Of a DNA stretch of 64,000 nt, positions 54,010 to 63,960 are shown piece after piece (the stretch's first letter is position 1; every line of letters starts with the position of its first letter). The stretch is taken from NCBI GenBank assembly GCA_964291265.2, contig OZ219747.1:1696001-1760000 (forward strand), read 5' to 3'. The DNA is from Alphaproteobacteria bacterium. GTDB lineage: Bacteria; Pseudomonadota; Alphaproteobacteria; SP197. Under the pieces are notes generated by a model. It worked only from the letters and a program-made list of their open reading frames with translations, made no database searches and was not told where the DNA came from. A program made the position numbers and the translations under genes.

Positions 54010-54486
54010 TCACAGGTCCCTCAGCACCACATGCGTCACGACCCGTCCGCATCTGGCGCACCGAAGCGGCGATTCGCGTCGCTCTTGCGCCTTCACAACC
54101 GCAGGTAGGGAGGTCGGCAGCAGTCGGGAAGGGTGGTCCGTAACGATTTCTTCAGAACCGGCGTCTCCAGACACCGCCGGAACGTCGCCAAGCAGCACCA
54201 CAGCAGACGTCTGCGTGTCCATGATCTCGGCAAGCATCGCCGCCCTGGCCTTCAACGCACGCGCCTCCTCCGCCTTGCGGAGCCGGTAACGCCGCTGGCG
54301 GTGACGGCCCGTCTCACGGCCCTTCAGCGTGCTCTGGTAGCGACGACGCGACGCGCGGCGCCGCTCGATCCGGGACCGCTCCCTGCACTCCTTGGAGCAA
54401 TACACATGCCCCCGGTCACACGACCGGCAGAGAACAACCTGCCGCTGACACCGCCTGCAGTTGAACAGTCGTCCTGTCGTGCACAC
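54010..54486 (-). CDS. Zn-finger protein, copy 2
   Basis: CRRC..CRSC..YCSKEC..CARC. Confidence 0.7.
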   Translation of the reverse strand: MCTTGRLFNCRRCQRQVVLCRSCDRGHVYCSKECRERSRIERRRASRRRYQSTLKGRETGRHRQRRYRLRKAEEARALKARAAMLAEIMDTQTSAVVLLGDVPAVSGDAGSEEIVTDHPSRLLPTSLPAVVKAQERRESPLRCARCGRVVTHVVLRDL

Positions 54487-55642
54487 CGTCCGTCTCGAGA
54501 GCGGGGGTGGACCCGGACGCAAAATGGCTCGACAATACACGGGAGTTCGGTCCCCCGTGACCGGCTCGTCCGGGTGCTGCGCCGGGGGGCGTCACAACTC
54601 CGCCCGGCATCGCATCGCTCTTTCTCTTGATGCCGATCTAGCATCCACCCGGGGCGGCGGCAAAGACGCCGCCCCGGGACCGGACAACGCGACCCGCCCA
54701 CAGGGAAGACAAACAATCCCGCGAGTGCCTCGGAACCGGAACCCTCCCGGCAACCGTCACCAAGACCGAAGCAGAGGTCGACGGAACCCGAACCGGACCA
54801 AAACGACAATAGGAAAAGACGGCGGCGCTCGGGGAGACAACCAGCCGAACACTCAAACCACGACAACAGGACGTGACAATAGGACCTGACAACAGGGAAG
54901 AAACACGACCCTGACAAAGCGCGGCAAATCGCCGAAATCCCGCCGTTCTATGCAGCCATCAACGTAACTACTCACCCCCTACTGATGACGGATCGTTTTT
55001 CCTGACGGGTTCGGATCCGGCATTGTCTCTTGCCGCCTTCACTTGCTCGCTTCCGATGATCGGATGTGCGTGTTCCGACTGACAAGAAGCGGATCGATCT
55101 TCGGCTTCAGCTCCACGTTCCGGCCTTATATGGCCAGGTTTTGTCCCCGTGATGATGCAATCATCCACAGCGGTTGGCTGCCTTTCCAATCCTCTGGAGA
55201 TATGCGCTTGACATTGTAGGAGGGGCACTCTACATGCTGGCCATCGGGGCGGTTTGCGTCGGAGATATTGATGGCGGCATGGTATGGATCGAAGGCGACG
55301 ACGGGTCTGAGCCAGGCGATCGTCGCGGCCATGCCGCCGCATGACGTGTAGCAGAATTAGGGGTGAGGTTGTGCCACTTTGTTCGACTGATTTACGTTCA
55401 ATGGTCTCTCGTTTCAGCGTTATCCTACCTCTGGTTATCGTCATGTCAACCCATGCATGCGCTGGCGTAGAGTCCATGCAACGGGGGGATTCCCGCGACG
55501 GATTGTGACACCTGGGGACATGCTGGGATCATCGAAGGACGAGAGCGACGGAACGACAGCGGCGCCGGGCCGATATCCCGCTCTGCATGGGGCATGAGCG
55601 GACATGCCATGAGATCACGTACGGTTATCCTGCTACAACGCC

Positions 55643-55671
55643 TTGTCATGGGTGTTTCATGGGGGTATAAT
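55643..55671 (+). promoter_or_regulatory. Sigma70-type promoter upstream of the RHH triplet
   Basis: TTGTCA-17 nt-TATAAT, 88 nt before ATG 55759. Confidence 0.7.
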
Positions 55672-55758
55672 CACTCCATTCTTCCCTCGATTGCCCACTT
55701 GCATGGACTGTCAAGGGACTGTTTCCCACACCAAGCACTCACGACACGGGAGAATCCC

Positions 55759-56088
55759 ATGGCCGGAAGACCTGCGGGCGAGAAGCGCAAGGCGCGTTCC
55801 GTGATGGCGACCGACAGCGAGTGGCAACGCATCCGTGAGGGCGCCGCGGCAGCCCGCCTGTCGATCTCGGACCACGTGTTGAAGGTGCTCCTGGCGCCGC
55901 CGTCACCACCGTTGCAAGCCGCGGGCACGTTCCTCTCGGCCCGGGTGCAGCGCCGGGTGGCGCGCGCCGTGCTGGTTCTGGAGTGCATCGAGAAGATGCG
56001 CCTCGATCGCGCCGAGCTGGGCTCGGCATGGGAAGAGATCGCCGCCGAGGTCGATGGATGGCTCGACGACGAGGCGGCGCTGGGATGA
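55759..56088 (+). CDS. RHH/MobC-like protein 1
   Basis: RSVMATDSEWQRIREGAAAARLSISDHVL; GGGAG RBS. Confidence 0.68.
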   Translation: MAGRPAGEKRKARSVMATDSEWQRIREGAAAARLSISDHVLKVLLAPPSPPLQAAGTFLSARVQRRVARAVLVLECIEKMRLDRAELGSAWEEIAAEVDGWLDDEAALG

Positions 56089-56101
56089 CCGGGAGGACGC
56101 C

Positions 56102-56434
56102 ATGAAGCTCGCGCGGCGGCACTGCATCTACTGTGATCCTCGGACATGGGAGAAGATCCGCAGGCGCGCCCGCAAGGCGGGCATGCCGGTCTCGCGTTTC
56201 GGGGTGCTGTGCTGTCTCAAGGCTGTTGAGGAGGGCACGGCCGAGGCGGTTCAACCGTCCGGCCATGCCCTCGTGATACCGCCGGACCGGCAGCGTCGGC
56301 TCCACGACGACATCGAGGCCATCTGGAACACAGGCCACGTCATGCTGGACGAGTCGGGGGAGACGAAGATCGGCGTGCTGACGAGCAACGTGCTGCGCTT
56401 CCTGCGGCTGACCGAACCGGAGGAAGAAGAATGA
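56102..56434 (+). CDS. RHH/MobC-like protein 2
   Basis: RHCIYCDPRTWEKIRRRARKAGMPVSRF; GGAGG RBS. Confidence 0.68.
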   Translation: MKLARRHCIYCDPRTWEKIRRRARKAGMPVSRFGVLCCLKAVEEGTAEAVQPSGHALVIPPDRQRRLHDDIEAIWNTGHVMLDESGETKIGVLTSNVLRFLRLTEPEEEE

Positions 56435-56853
56435 GGACACCGCGCCAGCGGCAGCAGGGCATGTCGCATTCGATCTCCTGCACGGACGAGGAATGGGAGA
56501 TGATCTGCGAGGGCGCGGCCCGGGCGGGGATCGGCGCTTCGGCATGGTTCACACGGTGTGCGCTTGACGTGAACCCGCTGTCGGGGAAGGCGCGTCCCCT
56601 GGTCCTCGACGAAAGGCAACAGGAGAACCTGGTCAAGGCGATCACGCGCCTTGCCGAGCCGTTTTCGGGTCATCCGGAGAGACTGTCCCGCATCTGGGAG
56701 GATGTCCGGTATCTCCTGCGGAAACGCGTTCGGGCGCTGATGCGACAGGGCCGGTCCGACGAAGCGCGCGCCAGGCTTCGGGAGGCGTTCGGCGACAAGC
56801 GGGCCGCCTGGATCGAAAGCTGGGCGCGGCAGCGGCGCCATGGCGATGACTGA
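56431..56853 (+). CDS. RHH/MobC-like protein 3
   Basis: SHSISCTDEEWEMICEGAARAGIGASAW; ATGA overlap. Confidence 0.68.
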   Translation: MRTPRQRQQGMSHSISCTDEEWEMICEGAARAGIGASAWFTRCALDVNPLSGKARPLVLDERQQENLVKAITRLAEPFSGHPERLSRIWEDVRYLLRKRVRALMRQGRSDEARARLREAFGDKRAAWIESWARQRRHGDD

Positions 56854-56858
56854 GAGGA

Positions 56859-59800
56859 TCACATGGACATGTGAGGCCCCTTCTGATGAAGGATGTGCCG
56901 TTGCTCCCTCAGCTCGTCGGCCTGCTCGCGGCTCCTGATGAAGCGCTCCTTCTCGTTCGCCCAAGGCGCCCGGTAGCAGCCGCGCCCGACGAGCTGACGG
57001 CGCTCGATCTCCACCTCGTGGACGGCGTCCCGTCCGTTGACGCTCCGCACCTGCAGGGTGCAGAGATCCTCGGCCTCGGTCTTGCCCGCGACAATCCGCA
57101 GAAGGACGCCTTCGCAGTGGCGTGGTTCGACGGCCACGCCGGGATCGATGTCATAGCGGCCGGGTATCCCGGTGGAAGGATCGGGCATCATGGTCCAGCG
57201 GAGCTGGTCTCCGACGACGACCTTGTGGCTGCAGGCGATGCGATACCAGTCGTCCGGCGTGGATCTCTCGCGGGCCAGGGCCGCATCGCGCAGCCTCTCG
57301 TCGCTCCAGGTGGCGCGGTGCACCGAGTGGCGCAGCAGGTCCGTGCATGCCACACGCTCGACCCGCCCCTTCCATGAGCCGTTGTCATGCTGCACGGCGC
57401 CGACGCGCTCGACGAGGAGCGTGTCCTTGCCGTGGCGTCCGCCGGTCTCGCCCGGCCACACCACCACCAGTTCCTGCACGGACCCGTCATGGGCGAGGCG
57501 CAGCCGGTCGCCGGTCACAAGCTGGCTCTTTCCGCGCCAGTCGATGGTGAACGCGCCACCGGGCGGGCGATTGCGCAACCGGTCGGCTTCTTCGCGCACC
57601 ATGGCGGCGATGAAGTCCAGGTCACGGCGAGCCTCGGCGAGCCTCTCCGTCACCTCGGCAAGGCCGGTCTCGAGTCGCTCCTTCAGGGCGGGAAGACAAG
57701 GCAGGTGCCGCGCGTAGCAATCCAGGTCCAGCAGGTCCTGGGCCCCGTCATGCCAGGCCTCGGCCTTCTTCTGCCAGCGTGGCCAGGCGTCCAGCAGGGT
57801 GATCGGCAGGTTGCCCTTGCCGGGCGCCTCTCGAAGCGCGCGATGCTCGCGGTCGAGACCCGCCATCTCCTTCGCCTGCGCCTCGATCCGGGCGCATTCT
57901 TTAGTGCAGGAGGCGTGTTCGGTGACGACGGGTTCGAGGCGCCGCCTTGCCACGGCGGGAAGACTGCGGTCGTCGGCCAGTTCACGCACGTCGTCGAACA
58001 CCGCGCCATAGCCTGCCGCATGAAAGGGGAGAACACCGTCACGCCTTGCCTGTCGGTGCAGCGCCTTGAGGTCCCTCGTCACCTCGAGGAACCGTTCGAA
58101 CGGTCTGTGCCGTTCCAGCTTGCCCAGCGCCCTCGAGATTCGTTCCGCGGCAGCGGAATCGAGATGGGGACGGTGCCGTTCACTCGCAAGCAGACCGCGG
58201 CCCCTTGCGGCGAGCTGGCGGGCAAGCGCGGCGAGCGAAGGGTAGTCCTCAAGGTCGGTGATGACGGTGTCGCGGCCCTTGCGGGAGCGGTCCCGCGCCT
58301 CGGCGTCAAGGACGCGCCAACGCCGGGTGTGTTCGCGGGCCTCGTCGAGGAACCGGGCGATGTCGCCGCGGCATGCCCGGCCTTCCGCATCGCCTGCCAG
58401 AACGCTGCGCGCCTGACGGGCGGCGGCCTCAGGCAAATCGTCGTGCTCCAGGAGCGCACTGGCCCGCGTGACAAGGCCGTGCCAGCCTACCATGCCGAAG
58501 GGAATCCGCTCCTCGGCACGCGCCTTCGTCAGAAGCCGGTGGTGGGCTGCATCGAACCGCGCCCAGGCGGCGTCGGTTCCGGCCAGCCTCTCGCAAACGC
58601 TCAGGCGTTCGCCCGCATCGCCCGCCTGCGCCTCGAGATGGGGTTGCCACAGGTCGGGCCTCCTCAGCATCGCCCGCCACTGCCGCCGGGCCTTGAGCCA
58701 GCGGTCCCGCCACGCCGGCCAACCGGGCCGTTCCGCCGTCGGCCGCTCCGGGGCTTCGGCCGCCAGCCGGCGGTAGCTGTCGAGCAGCCTGCCGGTCTCC
58801 GCGGCCAGGGCCGCCACCCTGTGCTCGCGATCCCGGGCCTGCGCCTCGTCGGCAAGCACGGCGCGCACGGACGAGCGCACCGGCTGCGGCACGTTCTTCA
58901 TCGCCGCCAGCACGCGCGCCCGGGCCACGAGATCGTCATGACCCTCGACATGGTAGGGGATCGTGTTCCGGGCGGCGGCGCGTGCGTCAACGGCCCGACG
59001 CTGCGCCTCGAACCGGGCACAGGCCTCGTCACATGTCCGGGCTTCCCGGAGTGCACCGAGACATGCCGTGATCGCGCGGGAGAGCTTCGGCCGGGCGGCA
59101 AGGACGGGCCGGACCTCATGGTCCTCGCACATCTCCTGCCAGGCGGCCTCGATCGACGAGACGGCCGTGATCCACTCCGCGTAGCCGGCCGTCTCCACCA
59201 CGAGACGGGCCTCGCCGACGGCCTCTTCAACCAGGTCCCGACGCAGGTGAAGCAGCCTGCCGGCTTCGCCGTGCAGCGCCTCGATGTCGTGCAGGGGATC
59301 GCGGACCTTCCCGCCTTTCCCGTCGTCCGGGGCGCCTGCCTCCTCAGGCGGCGGACCTTCGGCCACGAGCGCTCCGCCCTCGTCTTTGTGTCGCACTTCG
59401 TGGCGCATCGCGGCCTTCTCCCCGGGCGAAGGCCGGCGCATCGTCTTCTCCGGGACCGCGGCCCGGAGCTCGTCGGGCGTGACGCCGATCGCCTCCAGGG
59501 CCGTCGCCCTCTCGCCGGTGTTCGCCTCCAGCGTCTCGATCAGCTGCTCGCCGTTGTCGGTCAGCACCATGACATGATCGCGGGCACGGCTGATCTCGAC
59601 ATAGAAGGTCGCCTGGTCGGTCAACAGGCCGTGTCCGGAATCGAGGACCGCGATGACGCCGTCCGCCGTGCTGCCCTGGGCCCCGTGCACCGTCGAACTC
59701 CAGGCATGGTCGATGTGGCGCAGCTGGGGATCCTCGTGCTTGAGCGACAGCATGCCGCCATCGGCGGTGCGCAGTCGCACCCGCCTGCCGGTGATCGCCA

Positions 59801-62213
59801 CGATCTCCGCCTGTTCGCCGTTCACCAGGGCGCGCTCCTTGTCGTTGCGCGTCCAGCGGATGCGGTCGCCGGCTCTGAGTTCGATGGCACGGGGCTCGTA
59901 GACCTCCAGGCGGTAGCGGATGTGTCCCTCCGGCCTGATCCGGCGGCTTGTGCCGTCGGGATGGGAGAGTAGCACATGGTCGCCCTCGATGCCGGTCACC
60001 GTGCAGGCCTCGTCGGCCTTCACCCGGTAGTTCACGAGGTCCTGGTGGAACACCACCACGTCGCCTTCCCCGTAGTTGCGCACATCCGCCTTCTCGGCGC
60101 GCGTCATGCCGAGCCCGACCAGGCGTTCGAGCTGCAGGACCTGTCCGTGCAGCACGCCCTCGGCCGCCAGGCCCTCGCGGACCGTCCGGTTGATGTCGGC
60201 GCGCAAGGCGTGGGTCGGGGCCAGGAGCAGCGTGCGGGCGCGGGCGTCTGCATCCAGCTCCAGCCAGGCCCGCGCCGCCTTCTCCGCCAGGTCGTCGTGC
60301 GCCACCTCGACGAGGCCGGCGCCCAGGAGACGCACCGCCTCGCCGGGTTCGCCCTCCAGGACCGACAGGACCGCCGCCTTCAGATCCGGGCTGCGCTGGC
60401 GGCGGATGTCGCTCATCTGCGCCGTCGCCATCCCGGCCTGCTGCAACTGCCGGAACGGCTGGCCGGCATCGACCGGGCGGAGCTGGCCGGTGTCGCCCAC
60501 CAGCACCAGGCGGGCGATGTCGAGGTTCCGCGCGATGCGCAACAGGGAACGCATCTGCGCCGTCGACACCATCGATGCCTCGTCCAGCACCACGACCGAC
60601 CCGGCGAAGAGCTCGAGAAGCTTCCTGTCAGGACTCCGTCCGATGTCCTCGGCGTCTGCCGCCTGGCAACGCGTGAGGAACCATTGCAGGGTGCGCGCAT
60701 GGATGCCCGCTTCGCGCTCCAGGACGCGCGATGCCGCAGCCGAGGGAGCAAGGCCGATGATCCGGCGTTCCCCGGCGAGAGCGCGGACCTGGCGCAGCAT
60801 GGTGGTCTTGCCGGTCCCGGCACGGCCCTGGACGCCGATGATCCGGTCCCTGGAGAGGAGAATGGCCCGCACCGCGTCGCACTGCCCCTCGGTCAGGCCC
60901 GATCCCGCCAGACGTGCCGCGATATCCCCGTCGCGGGCCAGGGTCCCGGCCCGGCCGAGGCCGGCCTTCATCATGGCGATCACCGCGCGTTCCGCCTTCA
61001 GGGTCCGGTCGGTGACGAAGGCGCGGTCGGCGCGCCGCAACGAGGCGTCGACCAGGTGGCCGTCCCTCACCAACTGCTCGATCGCCTGCCTGATCTCATC
61101 CAGCGCATGGCGCCCCGGCGAGTGGGCCAGCGCCAGCGTCTCGAGCTCGTGCGCCGCGAACACCGATTGCCGCTCCTCGAGGTGTTCCGTCGTGCGGGCC
61201 ACGATCTCCAGGGCCGACAGGTCCTCGCCCGCCTCTGTCGGCCGACGAGCCCGGGCGGCCGCCAGGTCGGCGTCGAGGCCGAGATCACGTACCCGCTCCG
61301 CCCACACCGTCTCCAGCATCGCCCGCAGCGGTTCGTCCTTGCGCCGCCGCGTGGCCAGCGTCGCCACCTGCGACGCGGCCGTGCTGTGCTCCCAGCCCCT
61401 CTCGCGCAGGTAGGCGAGGATCTCGCTGCGCCGCGTCGAGAACGCATCCCGCAGCCTCCGGTCGTAGCCCGCGATCTCGAAGCTCGGGATCCGTCCCGCC
61501 ATGGCGGGACGGACATCGTAGCCCCGTTCCATCAGCCGCCGCGACAGCTCGTTGCGGTAGTAGGCGCCGATCTGCCGGGCATGGCGGTGGAGCAGGGTGG
61601 CCTCGATGCTGCGCCAGCGCCCCTGCGGGTCGCGCGTCATGTTCGCGATCACGGCATGGGTGTGAAGCTGGGGGTCGAGATTGCGGCTCGCGACATGGCG
61701 GAACGTGGCCGCGACCATGTGGGGCGCCTTGATCCGTGGACGCCGGCGCGTCGCGGGATCCCAGCCGCGGGTCTCCAGGAGGTTGGCCTCGATCCAGTCC
61801 AGGGTCGCCCGCACCGCCGCGTCGTGGGCCTGCACCACGCCGCGGTCGCCATGGGGATGGCGCTTCGTCGGCAGCAGGGCCGCAAGGGAAACGGACTTGG
61901 GCGCCGAGAAGGTGATGTCAAGCCCCGGACGGTGCTCATGGGCGCCATCGCGCCTGCGCCCAAGGCGGATGCCGCAACCGGGCACATGGCCGGCCAGGAG
62001 AGACTCGAACTTGCCGGCGGCGACATGGAGGTCGGGCCGCAGACCCAGGGCCATCGCTCCCCTGCCGTGCCAGAAGCTGGCGTTGCGGTGTTCCGCGTTC
62101 TTGGCCCGGCCGGCATCGCCCTTCGCCCCGGCGGCCGTATAGTAGCCGCCCTCGCGGCGCAGGTAGTCGGCCGTGGCCGACGCCGATGTCAGGTTGCGGA
62201 CCGACGCAACCAT
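56859..62213 (-). CDS. Intact giant MOBF (TrwC/TraI-like) relaxase-helicase, 1784 aa
   Basis: DYLRREGGYY, DITFSAPKSVS, HVASRNLDPQLHTHA, GRAGTGKTT, DEASM, STVHGAQG, plus a long repetitive C-terminal extension. Confidence 0.93.
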   Translation of the reverse strand: MVASVRNLTSASATADYLRREGGYYTAAGAKGDAGRAKNAEHRNASFWHGRGAMALGLRPDLHVAAGKFESLLAGHVPGCGIRLGRRRDGAHEHRPGLDITFSAPKSVSLAALLPTKRHPHGDRGVVQAHDAAVRATLDWIEANLLETRGWDPATRRRPRIKAPHMVAATFRHVASRNLDPQLHTHAVIANMTRDPQGRWRSIEATLLHRHARQIGAYYRNELSRRLMERGYDVRPAMAGRIPSFEIAGYDRRLRDAFSTRRSEILAYLRERGWEHSTAASQVATLATRRRKDEPLRAMLETVWAERVRDLGLDADLAAARARRPTEAGEDLSALEIVARTTEHLEERQSVFAAHELETLALAHSPGRHALDEIRQAIEQLVRDGHLVDASLRRADRAFVTDRTLKAERAVIAMMKAGLGRAGTLARDGDIAARLAGSGLTEGQCDAVRAILLSRDRIIGVQGRAGTGKTTMLRQVRALAGERRIIGLAPSAAASRVLEREAGIHARTLQWFLTRCQAADAEDIGRSPDRKLLELFAGSVVVLDEASMVSTAQMRSLLRIARNLDIARLVLVGDTGQLRPVDAGQPFRQLQQAGMATAQMSDIRRQRSPDLKAAVLSVLEGEPGEAVRLLGAGLVEVAHDDLAEKAARAWLELDADARARTLLLAPTHALRADINRTVREGLAAEGVLHGQVLQLERLVGLGMTRAEKADVRNYGEGDVVVFHQDLVNYRVKADEACTVTGIEGDHVLLSHPDGTSRRIRPEGHIRYRLEVYEPRAIELRAGDRIRWTRNDKERALVNGEQAEIVAITGRRVRLRTADGGMLSLKHEDPQLRHIDHAWSSTVHGAQGSTADGVIAVLDSGHGLLTDQATFYVEISRARDHVMVLTDNGEQLIETLEANTGERATALEAIGVTPDELRAAVPEKTMRRPSPGEKAAMRHEVRHKDEGGALVAEGPPPEEAGAPDDGKGGKVRDPLHDIEALHGEAGRLLHLRRDLVEEAVGEARLVVETAGYAEWITAVSSIEAAWQEMCEDHEVRPVLAARPKLSRAITACLGALREARTCDEACARFEAQRRAVDARAAARNTIPYHVEGHDDLVARARVLAAMKNVPQPVRSSVRAVLADEAQARDREHRVAALAAETGRLLDSYRRLAAEAPERPTAERPGWPAWRDRWLKARRQWRAMLRRPDLWQPHLEAQAGDAGERLSVCERLAGTDAAWARFDAAHHRLLTKARAEERIPFGMVGWHGLVTRASALLEHDDLPEAAARQARSVLAGDAEGRACRGDIARFLDEAREHTRRWRVLDAEARDRSRKGRDTVITDLEDYPSLAALARQLAARGRGLLASERHRPHLDSAAAERISRALGKLERHRPFERFLEVTRDLKALHRQARRDGVLPFHAAGYGAVFDDVRELADDRSLPAVARRRLEPVVTEHASCTKECARIEAQAKEMAGLDREHRALREAPGKGNLPITLLDAWPRWQKKAEAWHDGAQDLLDLDCYARHLPCLPALKERLETGLAEVTERLAEARRDLDFIAAMVREEADRLRNRPPGGAFTIDWRGKSQLVTGDRLRLAHDGSVQELVVVWPGETGGRHGKDTLLVERVGAVQHDNGSWKGRVERVACTDLLRHSVHRATWSDERLRDAALARERSTPDDWYRIACSHKVVVGDQLRWTMMPDPSTGIPGRYDIDPGVAVEPRHCEGVLLRIVAGKTEAEDLCTLQVRSVNGRDAVHEVEIERRQLVGRGCYRAPWANEKERFIRSREQADELREQRHILHQKGPHMSM

Positions 62214-62637
62214 GGATCGTCATCCCGGCGCAAGGCCTCGGGCCATGCGATGGCCGGAGAACGAAGCAACCTCGTGCAAGACGTCTCGGGGGCGTGGCGC
62301 ATGATCCTCGGGATGGAGCGGACTCGGACAGCGCCCATCATACCGTCCACGTCCGCACGGCGGGAAACCGACAACAAGCCGCACTGCACCATGCATCGCC
62401 ATGTTCGGAGCGGACAGGGGACATGCCGCCGGTCCGGCATGCCTTGTGGTCGGCACGACCACGAAGAAAGGGATGGCGTCCATGTCCCCCTTCGGCAAGG
62501 GTAACCGGCGCCGCGCACGTCCCTCAACAGGAACTGCTATCATCGATCGGCATGGACCGGTCGCCGCGGCGGCCGGACCGTCACGGATGCGGACGGCATC
62601 CCGATCGACGAGACCCGGAACCCTGCAGGCGACGACG

Positions 62638-63960
62638 ATGGCGCTTCACCTTGTTCACCACGATCTCTCCCCGGCATATGAACTGACGGAGGACGAACAG
62701 CAGGCCCTGCGCCGGATGGCCGACGGCGATCGGAGCGAGGATCTCCACGCGCCCGTCCTCGAGATCCTGGTGCGGGCGCACACGGAACGCCTGTGGCTCG
62801 CCTGCGACTGCCGGGGCGAGAGCGGCAGGCCTCCGGTCAACGGACCCTGTCGCAACCGCTCAGGCCGCTACTACTGGCGCCGCCTGCCACCACCGCACGT
62901 GGCGCATGCCAAAGGCTGCGTCTACTCCAGCATCACCGTCACGCGCCAGGCCGGGGACCCGGAAACCCGGGCGCCGGTGGAACCGTCCGACGACAGGTTC
63001 TTCACGGTTCTCCCGATCGAGCCGGAGGATGAGCAGGTCGCCGAACCGGACGCCCTGCCGGACCACCGCGGGTCGCGGCACACAAACCGCCCCTCGAAGC
63101 TGCGCCAGAGGCTGTTCGAACTCATGGTGTATGCCGGCCTCAACCGTCTTCCCGATGCCGAAACCGCGAACGCCAGGGAATGGTCGAGGCGGATCAGGCA
63201 GGCCGCAAGGGGGATCGAGATCGCGCCCGAACGCTCGCTGGGTGACCTCGTCTTCCCCTACCGGCGCATGTGGCGGATGGACTGGATCGACGCTCACATG
63301 CAGGACCTCGCAAGAACCTGGCCGGATGGTCACCGGCCCCAGGCGTTCGTCTGTGGAGCCGTCCGGGGCGTGGACGATCAAGGCGTCACCGGCGCCAGGG
63401 GATCACGCCTCGACGTCGCCTCCCGGGTCACGCGGCCCATGATTGGCGGCAAGGCGGTGCGCCCGCCTTGCCTCTTCATGGGCGTGGTGGGCCTGGCGGA
63501 AGACGCCACCTCCTTCGCCTGCCTCTCCGGCCATGCCCAGCCCATCGTCGCCATGAACTGCCCGGTGCCGGTGGAATCCAGCGCCGAGCGCAAGGCGTTC
63601 GGCACGCTGAGGAAGACCCTCAGGATCATGAGGCGCGAGTTCGATGCCGTGAGGTTCACCCTCGAGAAACCGCTGTTCGAAACCGACACGCAGTACGGGC
63701 CGTGCCTTCCCGACTTCGTCATCCGGGCTCACCCCGATGCCTGGGAGGGTCGGGACAGCGTCGACTTCATGATCGAGGTCATGGGCTTCGAGGACGAGGG
63801 CTACCGCCGGCGCAAGGAAGACACCCACCAGGCCATGAGAACCCTCGGCACGATGTGCCTCATGGAAGCGAACTGGTTCGACAGGCCCCGGGGGCTGGCA
63901 GCGGCAGGAACCAACGTCACCGACAAGATCCGCGCCGTGCTTCGAAGACGGCTGGCCTGA
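62638..63960 (+). CDS. DUF1173-like protein with a putative metal-binding N-terminus and a PD-(D/E)xK-like C-terminus
   Basis: WLACDC...HAKGC; VPVESSAER; LEKPLF; PDFVI...IEVMG. Confidence 0.6.
   Translation: MALHLVHHDLSPAYELTEDEQQALRRMADGDRSEDLHAPVLEILVRAHTERLWLACDCRGESGRPPVNGPCRNRSGRYYWRRLPPPHVAHAKGCVYSSITVTRQAGDPETRAPVEPSDDRFFTVLPIEPEDEQVAEPDALPDHRGSRHTNRPSKLRQRLFELMVYAGLNRLPDAETANAREWSRRIRQAARGIEIAPERSLGDLVFPYRRMWRMDWIDAHMQDLARTWPDGHRPQAFVCGAVRGVDDQGVTGARGSRLDVASRVTRPMIGGKAVRPPCLFMGVVGLAEDATSFACLSGHAQPIVAMNCPVPVESSAERKAFGTLRKTLRIMRREFDAVRFTLEKPLFETDTQYGPCLPDFVIRAHPDAWEGRDSVDFMIEVMGFEDEGYRRRKEDTHQAMRTLGTMCLMEANWFDRPRGLAAAGTNVTDKIRAVLRRRLA

Larger units (their letters stand above)
49644..54964 (-). 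mobile_element. 5.3-kb IS21-family transposon, copy 2 (same orientation as copy 1)
   Basis: Starts TGTCGGCGGCGATTTAG at 49644, ends ...GCAGCCATCAAC(G); same gene content; no flanking duplication seen. Confidence 0.92.
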
